Shown here piece by piece: positions 1-8,517 of a DNA stretch of 64,000 nucleotides (the stretch's first letter is position 1; each line of letters begins with the position of its first letter). Where the stretch lies: contig JAHBWZ010000008.1 of the NCBI GenBank assembly GCA_019636755.1, positions 103,900 through 167,899 of the forward strand, read 5' to 3'. Origin of the DNA: Phycisphaeraceae bacterium (GTDB lineage: Bacteria; Planctomycetota; Phycisphaerae; Phycisphaerales; SM1A02). Both the position numbers and the translations under genes were made by a program. The notes beneath the pieces are model-generated. The model saw only the letters and a list, made by a program, of their open reading frames with translations. It was not told where the DNA came from and did not search any database.

Positions 1-801
1 CTGGACGACGTGATGCGGTACCGGATCGATCCGGTCTTCGAGCCGTCCGGGGACGGACCGGATCTTCCGCCGGAGCACCGGCTCGCCGGCTTCGTCGAAC
101 TCAGGAACGTGACCTTCGGCTACAGCCGCCTCGATCCGCCGCTGCTCAAGGACTTCAGCCTTTCCCTGGCGCCCGGCGACCGCGTCGCGCTCGTGGGTGC
201 GTCGGGCAGCGGGAAATCGACGGTCGCCCGGCTGATCAGCGGACTGTACAGGCCCTGGGCGGGGGAGATCCTCTTCGATGACGTCCGGCGCGAGTGCCTC
301 CCGCGCACGATGGTCGCCAACTCCTGCGCGATGGTGGACCAGGACATCTTCTTCTTCGAGGGGACCGTCCGGGAGAACATCGCGCTCTGGGACGGGACGC
401 TGCCCGACGAGGCGATCCAGCAGGCGGCGAAGGACGCCTGCATCCACGAGGAGATCACGGCGCGCAAGGGCGCCTATGCAAGCGTCGTCGAGGAAGGGGG
501 GCGGAACTTCAGCGGCGGCCAGAGGCAGCGGCTGGAGATCGCGCGGGCCCTCGCGATCGACCCGACCATCATCATCATGGACGAGGCGACGAGCGCGCTG
601 GATGCGACGACGGAGAAACTCGTCGATGACAGCATCCGACGGCGCGGCTGCACCTGCATCATCGTCGCGCACCGGCTGAGCACGATCCGTGACTGCAATG
701 AGATCATCGTCCTGGAGGCCGGGCGCATCGTGCAGCGCGGCCCGCACGCTGAACTGATCGCGGTCGACGGACCGTACGCCCGGCTCATCAACGCGGAGTA
801 G
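1..801 (+). CDS. C-terminal ATP-binding domain of a bacteriocin/RiPP-type ABC exporter (NHLM-type peptidase/ATP-binding ABC1-like); 5' end is outside the window
   Basis: Frame is open to base 1. Walker [10 protein letters not shown], signature [15 protein letters not shown], Walker [14 protein letters not shown]-loop VAHRLST. A second exporter gene follows directly, as in NHLM/NHLP export loci. Confidence 0.85.
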   Translation: MDDVMRYRIDPVFEPSGDGPDLPPEHRLAGFVELRNVTFGYSRLDPPLLKDFSLSLAPGDRVALVGASGSGKSTVARLISGLYRPWAGEILFDDVRRECLPRTMVANSCAMVDQDIFFFEGTVRENIALWDGTLPDEAIQQAAKDACIHEEITARKGAYASVVEEGGRNFSGGQRQRLEIARALAIDPTIIIMDEATSALDATTEKLVDDSIRRRGCTCIIVAHRLSTIRDCNEIIVLEAGRIVQRGPHAELIAVDGPYARLINAE

Positions 802-817
802 GACGATCCCGACCCCG

Positions 818-3748
818 ATGTCCGATCACGTGGCGACCATCTTCTCCGAGCGGGGCACGATCGTGCCGGCGGGAAGCAATCAGCCGCTGCCGCTCATCGA
901 TCCCGGCGGTGTCCTGCTCGTCAGGCGCGGCCACGTCGACGTGTTCGCCATCACGATCGTGCACGAGGACGGCGCCCGGGACCTGCGGCGCACCCACCTG
1001 CTGCGCGTGCCCGCCGGTCAGATACTCCTCGGTTTCCGCATGCCGCAGGAGGGCACGAATGCGCTGCTCCTGGGATTCGGCTCCGCCGATGCGGAGGTCG
1101 CGCGGCTGGATGCGGAGGCCGTGGAGGACGCCTCCGGCGCGGCGGAGTTCATGGCAGCGTTCAGCCCGCTGGTCGACCGCTGGATCTCGGCGATCTGCAC
1201 GCTCTGCGCGGATGACCATCCGCCCGCCGGCGCGATCAACCTCCGGGAGGGCGCCACCGTCGACCTGGAGGCCGGCCGGAGCGTGCAGCCCCAGACCGGC
1301 GTGCTGTGGCTCCGCATCCGGGGCGGCACCGCGCGGTTCCTGGGTGAGGCCGATGATCCCGGCATCGACGGTTCACGGCTGTTCCCGCTGGGCAAGGATG
1401 CGTGGATCACGGCGGAGACGCCGCTCCGCGTCCGCGGCTTCCGGGCGTCGGAGGTCGCCGGAACGCGCGGCTGGTGGCGCGGCATCGAGCGGTTCCAGGA
1501 CGCCGCCGACGCGATCATCGATCGGCAGCGCGTGCGCGAACGCGAGGAGTCACGGCGCCGGCTCGTGGCCAAGGCACGCGCGGGGCGATCCGCCGTGCAC
1601 GCCGCGCTCAGCGAACTCGGCGCCGTGCTGTCGCGTCGCGTGGTCCCGAACGTCGGTCGAGCCGGCGACACGACGCTGCTCAATGCATGCAGGCTGGTCG
1701 GCGCCGCCCAGGGGATCGAGATCCGTGATCCGGGCCGGGGCGATGACGGCATCGGCAGCGACCCGATCGCGCGGATCGCGCGGGCATCGCGCTTCGCGTA
1801 CCGGCGGGTGATGCTCCGCCGGGGATGGCACCGGCGGGATGGCGGTCCACTGCTCGGCTTCGTCGCCGCGGACGGAAGGCCGGTGGCGATCCTGCCCGCG
1901 GGCCCGCGGCGGTACGAGGTGCACGACCCGCTTGACGGCGAGGTGGTCGCCGTCGATCGCGGTGTTGCCGAGGAGATCGCCGTCCGTGCCTTCGCGTTCA
2001 CGCGCTGTCTTCCCGACCGACCGCTGTCCGCGATCGATCTGATCCGCTTCGCGAGCCGCGGCATCGGGCGCGATGTCGCCACCGTCGCGGCCGTCGGCGG
2101 GGTCGGTGCGCTGCTGACGCTCGCCACCCCGGTTGCCATCGGCCACCTCTTCGACGCCGTCATTCCCTGGGCGGAGCGCGTGCAGCTCCTCCAGGTCACG
2201 ATCGGACTCGTGGTGGCGGCCCTTGCCGCGGGCGCGTTCCAGGTGACGCGGAACATCGCCCTCATCCGGATCCAGCACCGCGCGGCGGCGTCGCTCCAGG
2301 CGGCACTCTGGGAACGCGTGATCAACCTGCCCGCCCGGTTCTTCAGCCGGTACTCCGCCGGCGACATGGCGACCCGGGCGATGGGCGTGGATGCGATCCG
2401 GGACGAACTCTCCACGTCGGCGGTCACCGCCATCGTGACCGGCGCATTCTCGATCGTCAGCGTCGTCGTGCTCTTCGTCCACAGCCCGGCGGCGGCGGTG
2501 GTGGCACTGCTCCTCGTGATGCTGGTACTCGCGGTGATCATGACCGCGGGCGTGCTGCAGATGCATCATCAGCGTGAACTGGAGGAGTGCGAAGGCCGGA
2601 TGTCGGGCATGCTCCTGCAGTTCATGAACGGGATCGCGAAGATCCGCGTGGCGGCGGCCGAGCACCGGGCGTTTGCCGAGTGGGCGCGGCGGTTCTCGCA
2701 CCAGGCCCGGGTGATGGTGCGCGCGCGGACCCTCAACAACCACCTGGCGGTCTTCAACGCGGTCTTCCCCGTCCTGGGCATGGTCGTCGTCTTCTGGCTT
2801 CTCGCCGATGCGGCCGCCGCGCCGGGGATGGACCGCGCGACCGGCCTGTCGACGGGAAGCGTGCTGGCGTTCCTCTCCGCGTTCACCATCCTGCTCTTCG
2901 GCATGATCCAGCTCGGCGTGACGGCGGCGAACATGCTGACGGTCGTTCCGCTCTACCGGCGACTCCGGCCGATTCTCGAGACGGCGCCGGAGATCGATCC
3001 CGCCCGGATCGATCCGGGACCGCTCCGCGGACGGATCGAGGTCTCGAACGTCTCGTTCCGCTACGAGAAGGACGGCCCCGCGATTCTCGATGCGGTCAGC
3101 CTGCACGTGGAGCCCGGCGAGTTCATTGCCGTCGTCGGCCCGTCGGGGAGCGGCAAGTCGACGCTGCTGCGGATCCTGCTCGGCTTCGAGGCACCGGAGT
3201 CGGGCACGGTGTCGTACGACGGGTTCGATCTCGCGGGGCTGGATCCCCGCGCGGTCCGTCGCCAGCTCGGCGTGGTCCTGCAGGGCGGCGATCTCGCACC
3301 GGGTGACATCTTCACGAACATCGTCGGGTCTGCGGTGGACCTGACCGTCGAAGACGCGTGGGAGGCGGCACGCCAGGCCGGCATGGCCGGAGACATCGCC
3401 GCCATGCCCATGGGCATGCACACCATTCTCAGCGAGGGCGGCGGGTCGCTTTCGGGCGGGCAGCATCAGCGGCTGCTCATCGCGCGGGCCCTGGTCTCCC
3501 GGCCGCGGATCGTGTTCTTCGACGAGGCGACCAGCGCGCTCGACAATCCGACGCAGGCGGTGGTCACCGGGAGCCTCGATCGCCTCCGGGCCACGCGGAT
3601 CGTCATCGCCCATCGCCTGAGCACGATCGTCGGCGCCGACCGGATCTATGTCATGGAACGCGGCCGGGTCGTGCAGTGTGGAACGTATCGCGAACTTGCC
3701 GGAGTCCCGGGCCTGTTCCATGAACTCATCAAGCGCCAGATCGCCTGA
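818..3748 (+). CDS. Second ABC exporter of the pair (NHLM-type ABC2-like): long N-terminal regulatory/peptidase-like region, 6-TM exporter domain and NBD
   Basis: 976-aa ORF with ATG 16 nt after the upstream stop. About 290 aa of non-transporter N-terminus, then a C39-like segment (LLNACRLVGAAQGIEIR...RFAYRRVML...), then a TM domain. NBD motifs [42 protein letters not shown]. Confidence 0.85.
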   Translation: MSDHVATIFSERGTIVPAGSNQPLPLIDPGGVLLVRRGHVDVFAITIVHEDGARDLRRTHLLRVPAGQILLGFRMPQEGTNALLLGFGSADAEVARLDAEAVEDASGAAEFMAAFSPLVDRWISAICTLCADDHPPAGAINLREGATVDLEAGRSVQPQTGVLWLRIRGGTARFLGEADDPGIDGSRLFPLGKDAWITAETPLRVRGFRASEVAGTRGWWRGIERFQDAADAIIDRQRVREREESRRRLVAKARAGRSAVHAALSELGAVLSRRVVPNVGRAGDTTLLNACRLVGAAQGIEIRDPGRGDDGIGSDPIARIARASRFAYRRVMLRRGWHRRDGGPLLGFVAADGRPVAILPAGPRRYEVHDPLDGEVVAVDRGVAEEIAVRAFAFTRCLPDRPLSAIDLIRFASRGIGRDVATVAAVGGVGALLTLATPVAIGHLFDAVIPWAERVQLLQVTIGLVVAALAAGAFQVTRNIALIRIQHRAAASLQAALWERVINLPARFFSRYSAGDMATRAMGVDAIRDELSTSAVTAIVTGAFSIVSVVVLFVHSPAAAVVALLLVMLVLAVIMTAGVLQMHHQRELEECEGRMSGMLLQFMNGIAKIRVAAAEHRAFAEWARRFSHQARVMVRARTLNNHLAVFNAVFPVLGMVVVFWLLADAAAAPGMDRATGLSTGSVLAFLSAFTILLFGMIQLGVTAANMLTVVPLYRRLRPILETAPEIDPARIDPGPLRGRIEVSNVSFRYEKDGPAILDAVSLHVEPGEFIAVVGPSGSGKSTLLRILLGFEAPESGTVSYDGFDLAGLDPRAVRRQLGVVLQGGDLAPGDIFTNIVGSAVDLTVEDAWEAARQAGMAGDIAAMPMGMHTILSEGGGSLSGGQHQRLLIARALVSRPRIVFFDEATSALDNPTQAVVTGSLDRLRATRIVIAHRLSTIVGADRIYVMERGRVVQCGTYRELAGVPGLFHELIKRQIA

Positions 3749-3838
3749 TCCGCTCGCCCCGCCCCGCGCCGCGGTCCGCACGGGTCGCCCGCGCGTCCCG
3801 GGAGGCGGTCCGTCGCGTCGCGCGCTGCGCAGACGGGA

Positions 3839-3864
3839 GCGGGCCCGTCCGGAGACGGGCCCGC
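3839..3864. terminator. Perfect 11-bp stem / 4-nt loop hairpin between convergent genes (possible bidirectional terminator)
   Basis: GCGGGCCCGTC-CGGA-GACGGGCCCGC lies between the ABC exporter stop (3748) and the stop of the minus-strand gene (3935). No T-tract, which is common in high-GC genomes. Confidence 0.4.
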
Positions 3865-3934
3865 CCAGGGGGATCGCGATGATCCGGACGGCTCGCAGGC
3901 GCGGGCCGCCTCCGGACAGTCGACCGCGGAGAGT

Positions 3935-4573
3935 TCAGGACCCGGTCGAACTCCGCCGGACGCGAACCTTGACGTTCGTGCCCGTCGTGCTTCCGCCGGA
4001 GACCGACCCGAGCGATGCGCCGCCGCGTCGCTTCGTCGACGTCGCACCGGTGGAACCGCCGCGGACACCGAGCGTGTCACGGGAGAGGTTGGTGCGGGTC
4101 TTCGGGGCGCCGGTGCCGGTGGAACCGCCGCGGACGCCGAGCGTGTCACGGGAGAGGTTGGTGCGGGTCTTCGGGGCGCCGGTGCCGGTCGAACCGCCGG
4201 ACGCCGCGCCCAGCTTCGTGCCCGTCGACGTGCGCCTGCCGCCACTGGTTCCGGTGGATCCGCCGGAGGTGGCGCCGAGCTTGCTGCCCGTGCCCGTGCG
4301 CTTCGCCGTGGCGCCGGTCGACCCGCCGGACGTCGCGCCGAGCCTGGTGCCTGCCTTCTTCCGGATGGCGCCGCCGGATCCGGCGGAGGTGGAGCCGAGC
4401 TTGCTGCCGGCGCTCTTGCGCTTGGTCGTGGCGCCGCTGGATCCCGTGGAGCCGGATCCGGCGGAGGTGGAGCCGAGCTTGCTGCCCGTGCTCCGGCGCT
4501 TCGCCGTGGCGCCCGTGCTCCCACCCGAGGCCGTGCGGCCCGACGTGGTCTTCTTCTTCGTGGTCGTTGCCAT
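3935..4573 (-). CDS. Hypothetical basic Gly/Ser/Thr/Lys/Arg-rich intrinsically disordered repeat protein (212 aa)
   Basis: Internal ATG at 4573 is preceded by AAGGAG at 8-nt spacing, so the longer track ORF start is rejected. Protein MATTTKKKTTSGRTASGGSTG... has no hydrophobic core. It reiterates GGSTGxxAKRxxTGSKLGxTS and contains two near-identical 23-aa copies (GGSTGTGAPKTRTNLSRDTLGVR). Confidence 0.6.
   Translation of the reverse strand: MATTTKKKTTSGRTASGGSTGATAKRRSTGSKLGSTSAGSGSTGSSGATTKRKSAGSKLGSTSAGSGGAIRKKAGTRLGATSGGSTGATAKRTGTGSKLGATSGGSTGTSGGRRTSTGTKLGAASGGSTGTGAPKTRTNLSRDTLGVRGGSTGTGAPKTRTNLSRDTLGVRGGSTGATSTKRRGGASLGSVSGGSTTGTNVKVRVRRSSTGS
4050..4187. repeat. Direct tandem duplication, 69 bp x 2 (one mismatch), inside the disordered-protein gene
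   Basis: GGTGGAACCGCCGCGGACACCGAGCGTGTCACGGGAGAGGTTGGTGCGGGTCTTCGGGGCGCCGGTGCC is repeated head-to-tail at 4050-4118 and 4119-4187. Confidence 0.9.
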
Positions 4574-4753
4574 GATGCTGACTCCTTGGAGTACCTGCGT
4601 TGTTCCTGCCGGGTGGCGGTCAGCCTGCCCGGAACGGAGCGAGTCGGTCACGAACACAGTCAACGTGACCGGCGATGCTGATGGAAGCGTGAAACGCGCG
4701 CTGCGCGCCACCCGGAATCCGTTCCGGGATCGAAACAATCCGGTGATGCCACC

Positions 4754-5353
4754 ATGAGCAGGCGAGGATCATCGGATGCGCGGTCGTCGGACGGCCGGTC
4801 CGTCGGCGCGGGCGGACCGGATGGAGCGCAGGATGATGTCGCGCACCTGCTTCCCGTGGTGGCGCGGCAGCTCCACCGGCTCGCCGCGGCGCGACTGCGA
4901 TCGGACGGCGCGGACATCCTGCTGGAGCCGGCGGCGCTCGTCAACGAGACCTGGCTCCGCCTCGCATCGCGCGATCCCGCGTCGTGGCGGGATCCTGCAC
5001 ACTTCCTTGCCGTGGCCGCGACGGCGATGCGCCAGATCCTGATCGACCACGCGCGGCAGCGGCGGACGCTCAAACGCGGCTTCGGGCGTGCACGGGTCAC
5101 GTTCGAGGTCGCCGACCGGGACGGAACCGCGTCGTTCGAAGTCCGGGAGGTGGATGAAGCCCTCAAGCGGCTGCGCCACCTGGACCCCCGGGCGGCGCAG
5201 GTCGTCGAACTCCGGTTCTTCACGGGCCGGTCGAATGCAGAGATCGCCGGGGCGCTGGGGGTCTCCAGGAAGACGGTGGCGCTCGACTGGGCGCGTGCCC
5301 GCCGCTGGCTGGCGCAGGAACTCGGGTCCGACCACGATCGACGGCGCGGATGA
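4754..5353 (+). CDS. ECF-type RNA polymerase sigma factor (Sigma70_ECF / TIGR02999-like family typical of Planctomycetes/Acidobacteria)
   Basis: 199 aa. Region-2-like LVNETWLRL...HFLAVAATAMRQILIDHAR. Region-4 HTH AAQVVELRFFTGRSNAEIAGALGVSRKTVALDWARARRWL. No recognisable anti-sigma gene downstream. Confidence 0.8.
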   Translation: MSRRGSSDARSSDGRSVGAGGPDGAQDDVAHLLPVVARQLHRLAAARLRSDGADILLEPAALVNETWLRLASRDPASWRDPAHFLAVAATAMRQILIDHARQRRTLKRGFGRARVTFEVADRDGTASFEVREVDEALKRLRHLDPRAAQVVELRFFTGRSNAEIAGALGVSRKTVALDWARARRWLAQELGSDHDRRRG

Positions 5354-5458
5354 CCGGCGCGGACGTCCGGCGCGGCGCGCACCGCCGCCACGGGTGCACC
5401 GGAGTCACCCGTGGCGGTGGCGTGCCGCGATGAGGTCGGGCGTGCCCGCCCGCGCGGG

Positions 5459-5815
5459 TCAGCCGGCGCCCATGCCGCCGCTGTCCTGCCGGCGCCGCGG
5501 TGCATGCGCCCCGGTGAGGCCCGCACCGCCGGTGGTGGCGTTCAGCGTCGATCCCGACGCGGGCTTGCGCCGCGGCGCGGAGGCATCCGTGGAACCGGCG
5601 GCCGCCCCGCCGGCGGTCGCGTCGGTGAGCGACCTGCGCTTGGCGTCGTTGTTCTGTCCGCGGATGTTGGAGGCCGTGGAACCGGCGGCCGCCCCGGCGG
5701 CGGTCGCGTCGGTGAGCGACTTGCGCTTGGCGTCGTTGTTCTGTCCACGGATGTTGGAGGCCGTGGATCCGCCGGAGACCTTCGTCAGATCGGTTGGCTT
5801 CTTCCTGTCGGTCAT
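5459..5815 (-). CDS. Hypothetical small disordered repeat protein (118 aa)
   Basis: ATG at 5815 is preceded by GGGAG. MTDRKKPTDLTKVSGGSTASNIRGQNNDAKRKSLTDATAAGAAA is followed by a second copy of the 29-aa unit. It shares the SGGST motif and a K-rich N-terminus with the 3935-4573 protein. Confidence 0.5.
   Translation of the reverse strand: MTDRKKPTDLTKVSGGSTASNIRGQNNDAKRKSLTDATAAGAAAGSTASNIRGQNNDAKRRSLTDATAGGAAAGSTDASAPRRKPASGSTLNATTGGAGLTGAHAPRRRQDSGGMGAG
5589..5762. repeat. Tandem duplication, about 87 bp x 2, inside the small disordered-protein gene
   Basis: GTGGAACCGGCGGCCGCC...GGATGTTGGAGGCC occurs twice in tandem and encodes GSTASNIRGQNNDAKR(K/R)SLTDATA.GAAA. Confidence 0.8.
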
Positions 5816-6088
5816 CGTGCGTACTCCCTGATTTCCGGGGCGGCCCATCGGTATCCGGCCGGCCGGAGTCCCACGCATCGGAGGGACGGCACGCGGTTGG
5901 GGTCGCGGGGTACGGCGTGCACGCACCGCGCGAGGATCGGATCCGGGCGTCCGGATCCGCGGGATGAACAAGAGCGCGTCGGTGTCCGCCGGCGCGCGGA
6001 CCCGTGAATTTTCTCCGGGACGGTGCACCCCGGCCGGTGCATGCCGTGGTCGTCCGGCCGGACGGCGGCGGACGACCGGATGCAGACG

Positions 6089-7768
6089 CTACCACGCGAC
6101 CCGGGTCGCACCCAGGAGCATGCCCGTGGCGTGCGCGAGATCCACCTGCGCGATCTCGTACGTCGCCAGGGCGTCCGCAAGTGCGATCCGCGCGTCGGCC
6201 AGCCGGGTCTCCGCATCCAGGACCTCGGTGCTGGTGCGCAGGCCCAGTCGGAACTGGCCCTGCTCCGCCTGGTAGTTCCTGGCCTCCAGCACCACGTTCT
6301 GCCGTGCGGCGAGGATCCGCTGCCACGACGCCTCCATCGTGTCGACCGCACCAAGGACCTCGCTCCGGATGACCTGTTCGCGGGCCGCCCGCGTCGCGAG
6401 CCGCTGCAGGCGCGCAAGCAGCGCGCGGCGCAGGGTCGATTCCGCCGCTTCGTTCCCCAGCGGGATCTCCGCTCGAAGCCCGAGTTCCATGCCGTCCGAG
6501 CCGCGGTCGAAGAGGTCATCGAGGGCGCGCCCGGGCGTCCGACCGCTTCCGCCGATGCGATACCGGTACTCCAGGAGGACCAGCGGAAGCCGGCCGCTGC
6601 GCGCCGCATCCACGCGGACGGCGTCCCGGGCAACCTGGAGTTCGAGTTCCAGCAGTTCCATCCGGTGCTGCATCGCCGCCTCGAGCATCGACGCCGGGTC
6701 GACGGTGCGCAGCGCGGCCTCCGGCGAGGCGGCGGCGACGATCCGGACCGGTGACTCGACCTCGAGCCCCGGCCGGTTCATCACCCGCTTCAGGGTGCGC
6801 TGCGCGTCGCGCGCGTCGAGGTCTGCGTCGATGATCGCCGCGAGCCGTCTGGAGAGTCCGGCCTCGGCGCGGACGACCTCGACCTCGGGACCGAGCCCGG
6901 CCTGGAGCCGCGCCTCCGCCTGCTGGACCTGTGCGAGCGCCTGCTCGTACTGCTGCTGGCGGATCTCGAGGATGGCCGCGGTGGCATGCACGATCCAGTA
7001 CGCGCGATCCACGTCGGCGAGGCTGCGCACGATCCGCAGCTTCGTCTGCGCCTCGGTGATCTGCACGTCCAGGGCCGCCAGTCGGATCCGGTGCGTGGCG
7101 AACCACCGCCCGCCGCCGCGCGCGAGCGGGAGACTCAGCGCGAGTTCGATGTCGCTCCAGTACCGGTCGCTGCCGGGGAGTACGCCGGATGCCTCGCGCG
7201 CCGCGGGCAGATGCACGGTCACCGAGCCGCCGGTCCGAAGCGGGATCGTGACGCCGGGATCCAGCGACGCGGCCGGGACGAGTTCACCACGGAAGGTCTC
7301 GACGCGCTCCGGCTGCGCCGTCGAGGCGCCGGCATCCACGAAGAAGAGCGCTTCGAACGCGGCCTCCTCCTCGGAGACGGCCGTCCCGGCGATCTGCGGA
7401 TCGAACAGCGCGACCCGGATGTCCAGGTTGTGCTCGAGCGTCCATGCCCGCGCCTGCGCGAGGGAGACCTCGACCGTTCCGGCGCCGGCGAATCGATCGG
7501 GCGGAGGCACGCGCAGCGATCGACCGGTCGACGGCTGCTCGGGGTGCGGCGCCAGGTGCATGACGTCGATCTGTCGAGTCCGCTCCGGCGACATCCATGC
7601 GCCGCGATCGGAGAGGCGGCCGCGCAGCGGATGACCCGCGTCGCAGCCGGGCAGGACGGTCGACGCGGCCGCGACCAGGGCGATCGACGCGTACCGTCTG
7701 CATGACGATGCATGCCCGGACGCGGGGGACCGGCGGGCAGCGCGCCGTCGGCTACGGACAGGCTGCAT
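6089..7768 (-). CDS. TolC/NodT-family outer-membrane efflux protein, probable lipoprotein
   Basis: 559 aa. N-terminal signal with lipobox-like LVAAASTVLPGC. Two-fold repeated TolC-like helical pattern (LAQARAWTLEHNLDIRVA..., ...LEARNYQAEQGQFRLGLRTSTEVLDAETRLADARIALADALATYEIAQVDLAHATG). Confidence 0.75.
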   Translation of the reverse strand: MQPVRSRRRAARRSPASGHASSCRRYASIALVAAASTVLPGCDAGHPLRGRLSDRGAWMSPERTRQIDVMHLAPHPEQPSTGRSLRVPPPDRFAGAGTVEVSLAQARAWTLEHNLDIRVALFDPQIAGTAVSEEEAAFEALFFVDAGASTAQPERVETFRGELVPAASLDPGVTIPLRTGGSVTVHLPAAREASGVLPGSDRYWSDIELALSLPLARGGGRWFATHRIRLAALDVQITEAQTKLRIVRSLADVDRAYWIVHATAAILEIRQQQYEQALAQVQQAEARLQAGLGPEVEVVRAEAGLSRRLAAIIDADLDARDAQRTLKRVMNRPGLEVESPVRIVAAASPEAALRTVDPASMLEAAMQHRMELLELELQVARDAVRVDAARSGRLPLVLLEYRYRIGGSGRTPGRALDDLFDRGSDGMELGLRAEIPLGNEAAESTLRRALLARLQRLATRAAREQVIRSEVLGAVDTMEASWQRILAARQNVVLEARNYQAEQGQFRLGLRTSTEVLDAETRLADARIALADALATYEIAQVDLAHATGMLLGATRVAW

Positions 7769-7900
7769 GGCACCCCCCGCGCCGCCTCACCGGAAGATGC
7801 ATGACCGCGGCCACGGCCGCGATGGTCGGAAAGCCGACATCGGCTGTCAAGCGGCCTGATCGGCGGGGACCGCCCCAACCCGTTCCGTTAGAATCCGGGC

Positions 7901-8479
7901 ATGGACACATCGCATGAGTTCCTCGGTGAACGGAAGCAGGCGCTCGAGGAGGCGTTCTTCGCGCAGCAGGATGACGCCCTGAAGGCACGGCTTCGCAGGC
8001 GGCAGGAGGCGGCTGCCCACCGGGCGGCGCTGCAGTCCGTTTCCGGCATCACCGACGAGCGGCTTCTGGACCATCTCGTGGCGCTGGATGTTCATGCCGG
8101 CGCGCTTTCGGCGCTCACGCTCATCCCGCTGGTCACGGTCGCATGGGCGAACAATCGCATCGAGCCCGGCGAGCGGCGGGTGATCCTCGAGGCCGCCCGG
8201 GAATCGGGCGTCGTCCCGGGTACGGAGGCCCACGAACTCCTCGCCGCCTGGCTCGAACGGCGGCCCGGACCCGGACTCTTCGCGGCGTGGAAGGAGTACA
8301 TCGCGACCATCACGGCGCGGCTGGAACCCTCGGGCCGCCTCGCGCTCCGCGACGGCATCCTCCGGCACGGGCGGGAGGTCGCGGAGGCATCCGGAGGACT
8401 CTTCCCCTTCCTCCGCACCGGAAGCGTCTCGCCGGGGGAGCAGGCGGTGCTGAACGAGATCGAGCGCGCGTTCGCCTGA
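7901..8479 (+). CDS. Hypothetical protein, TerB/DjlA-N-like helical domain
   Basis: 192-aa ORF with normal composition. Segment LIPLVTVAWANNRIEPGERRVILEAARESG...ELLAAWLERRP resembles the TerB-type (aADG.i...E) motif layout. Function is uncertain. Confidence 0.5.
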   Translation: MDTSHEFLGERKQALEEAFFAQQDDALKARLRRRQEAAAHRAALQSVSGITDERLLDHLVALDVHAGALSALTLIPLVTVAWANNRIEPGERRVILEAARESGVVPGTEAHELLAAWLERRPGPGLFAAWKEYIATITARLEPSGRLALRDGILRHGREVAEASGGLFPFLRTGSVSPGEQAVLNEIERAFA

Positions 8480-8517
8480 GATCGGCGGCGGCGCGGTGAC
8501 CGCGGGCGGCGCGACGT

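Noticed and set aside
1550-3781. 743-aa antisense ORF opposite the ABC exporter. Similar very long ORFs: 1018..2541(-), 14213..16084(-), 15262..17295(+), 32007..35897(-, 1296 aa), 40013..42472(+), 40251..42212(-), 57140..59356(+), 59226..61427(-).
   Set aside because: Arg/Pro/Gly/Ala/His-dominated composition with no motifs. Each lies antisense to, or out of frame with, an ORF that carries clear family motifs. This is the expected artefact of stop-codon-poor, very GC-rich DNA.
3935-4738. Full-length 267-aa version of the disordered repeat protein ORF; also the idea that it is an NHLP/Nif11-type RiPP precursor.
   Set aside because: The first 55 codons lack an RBS and overlap the divergent promoter region, whereas the internal ATG at 4573 has AAGGAG at ideal spacing. 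No nitrile-hydratase-like or Nif11-like leader domain is present, so precursor status is unsupported.
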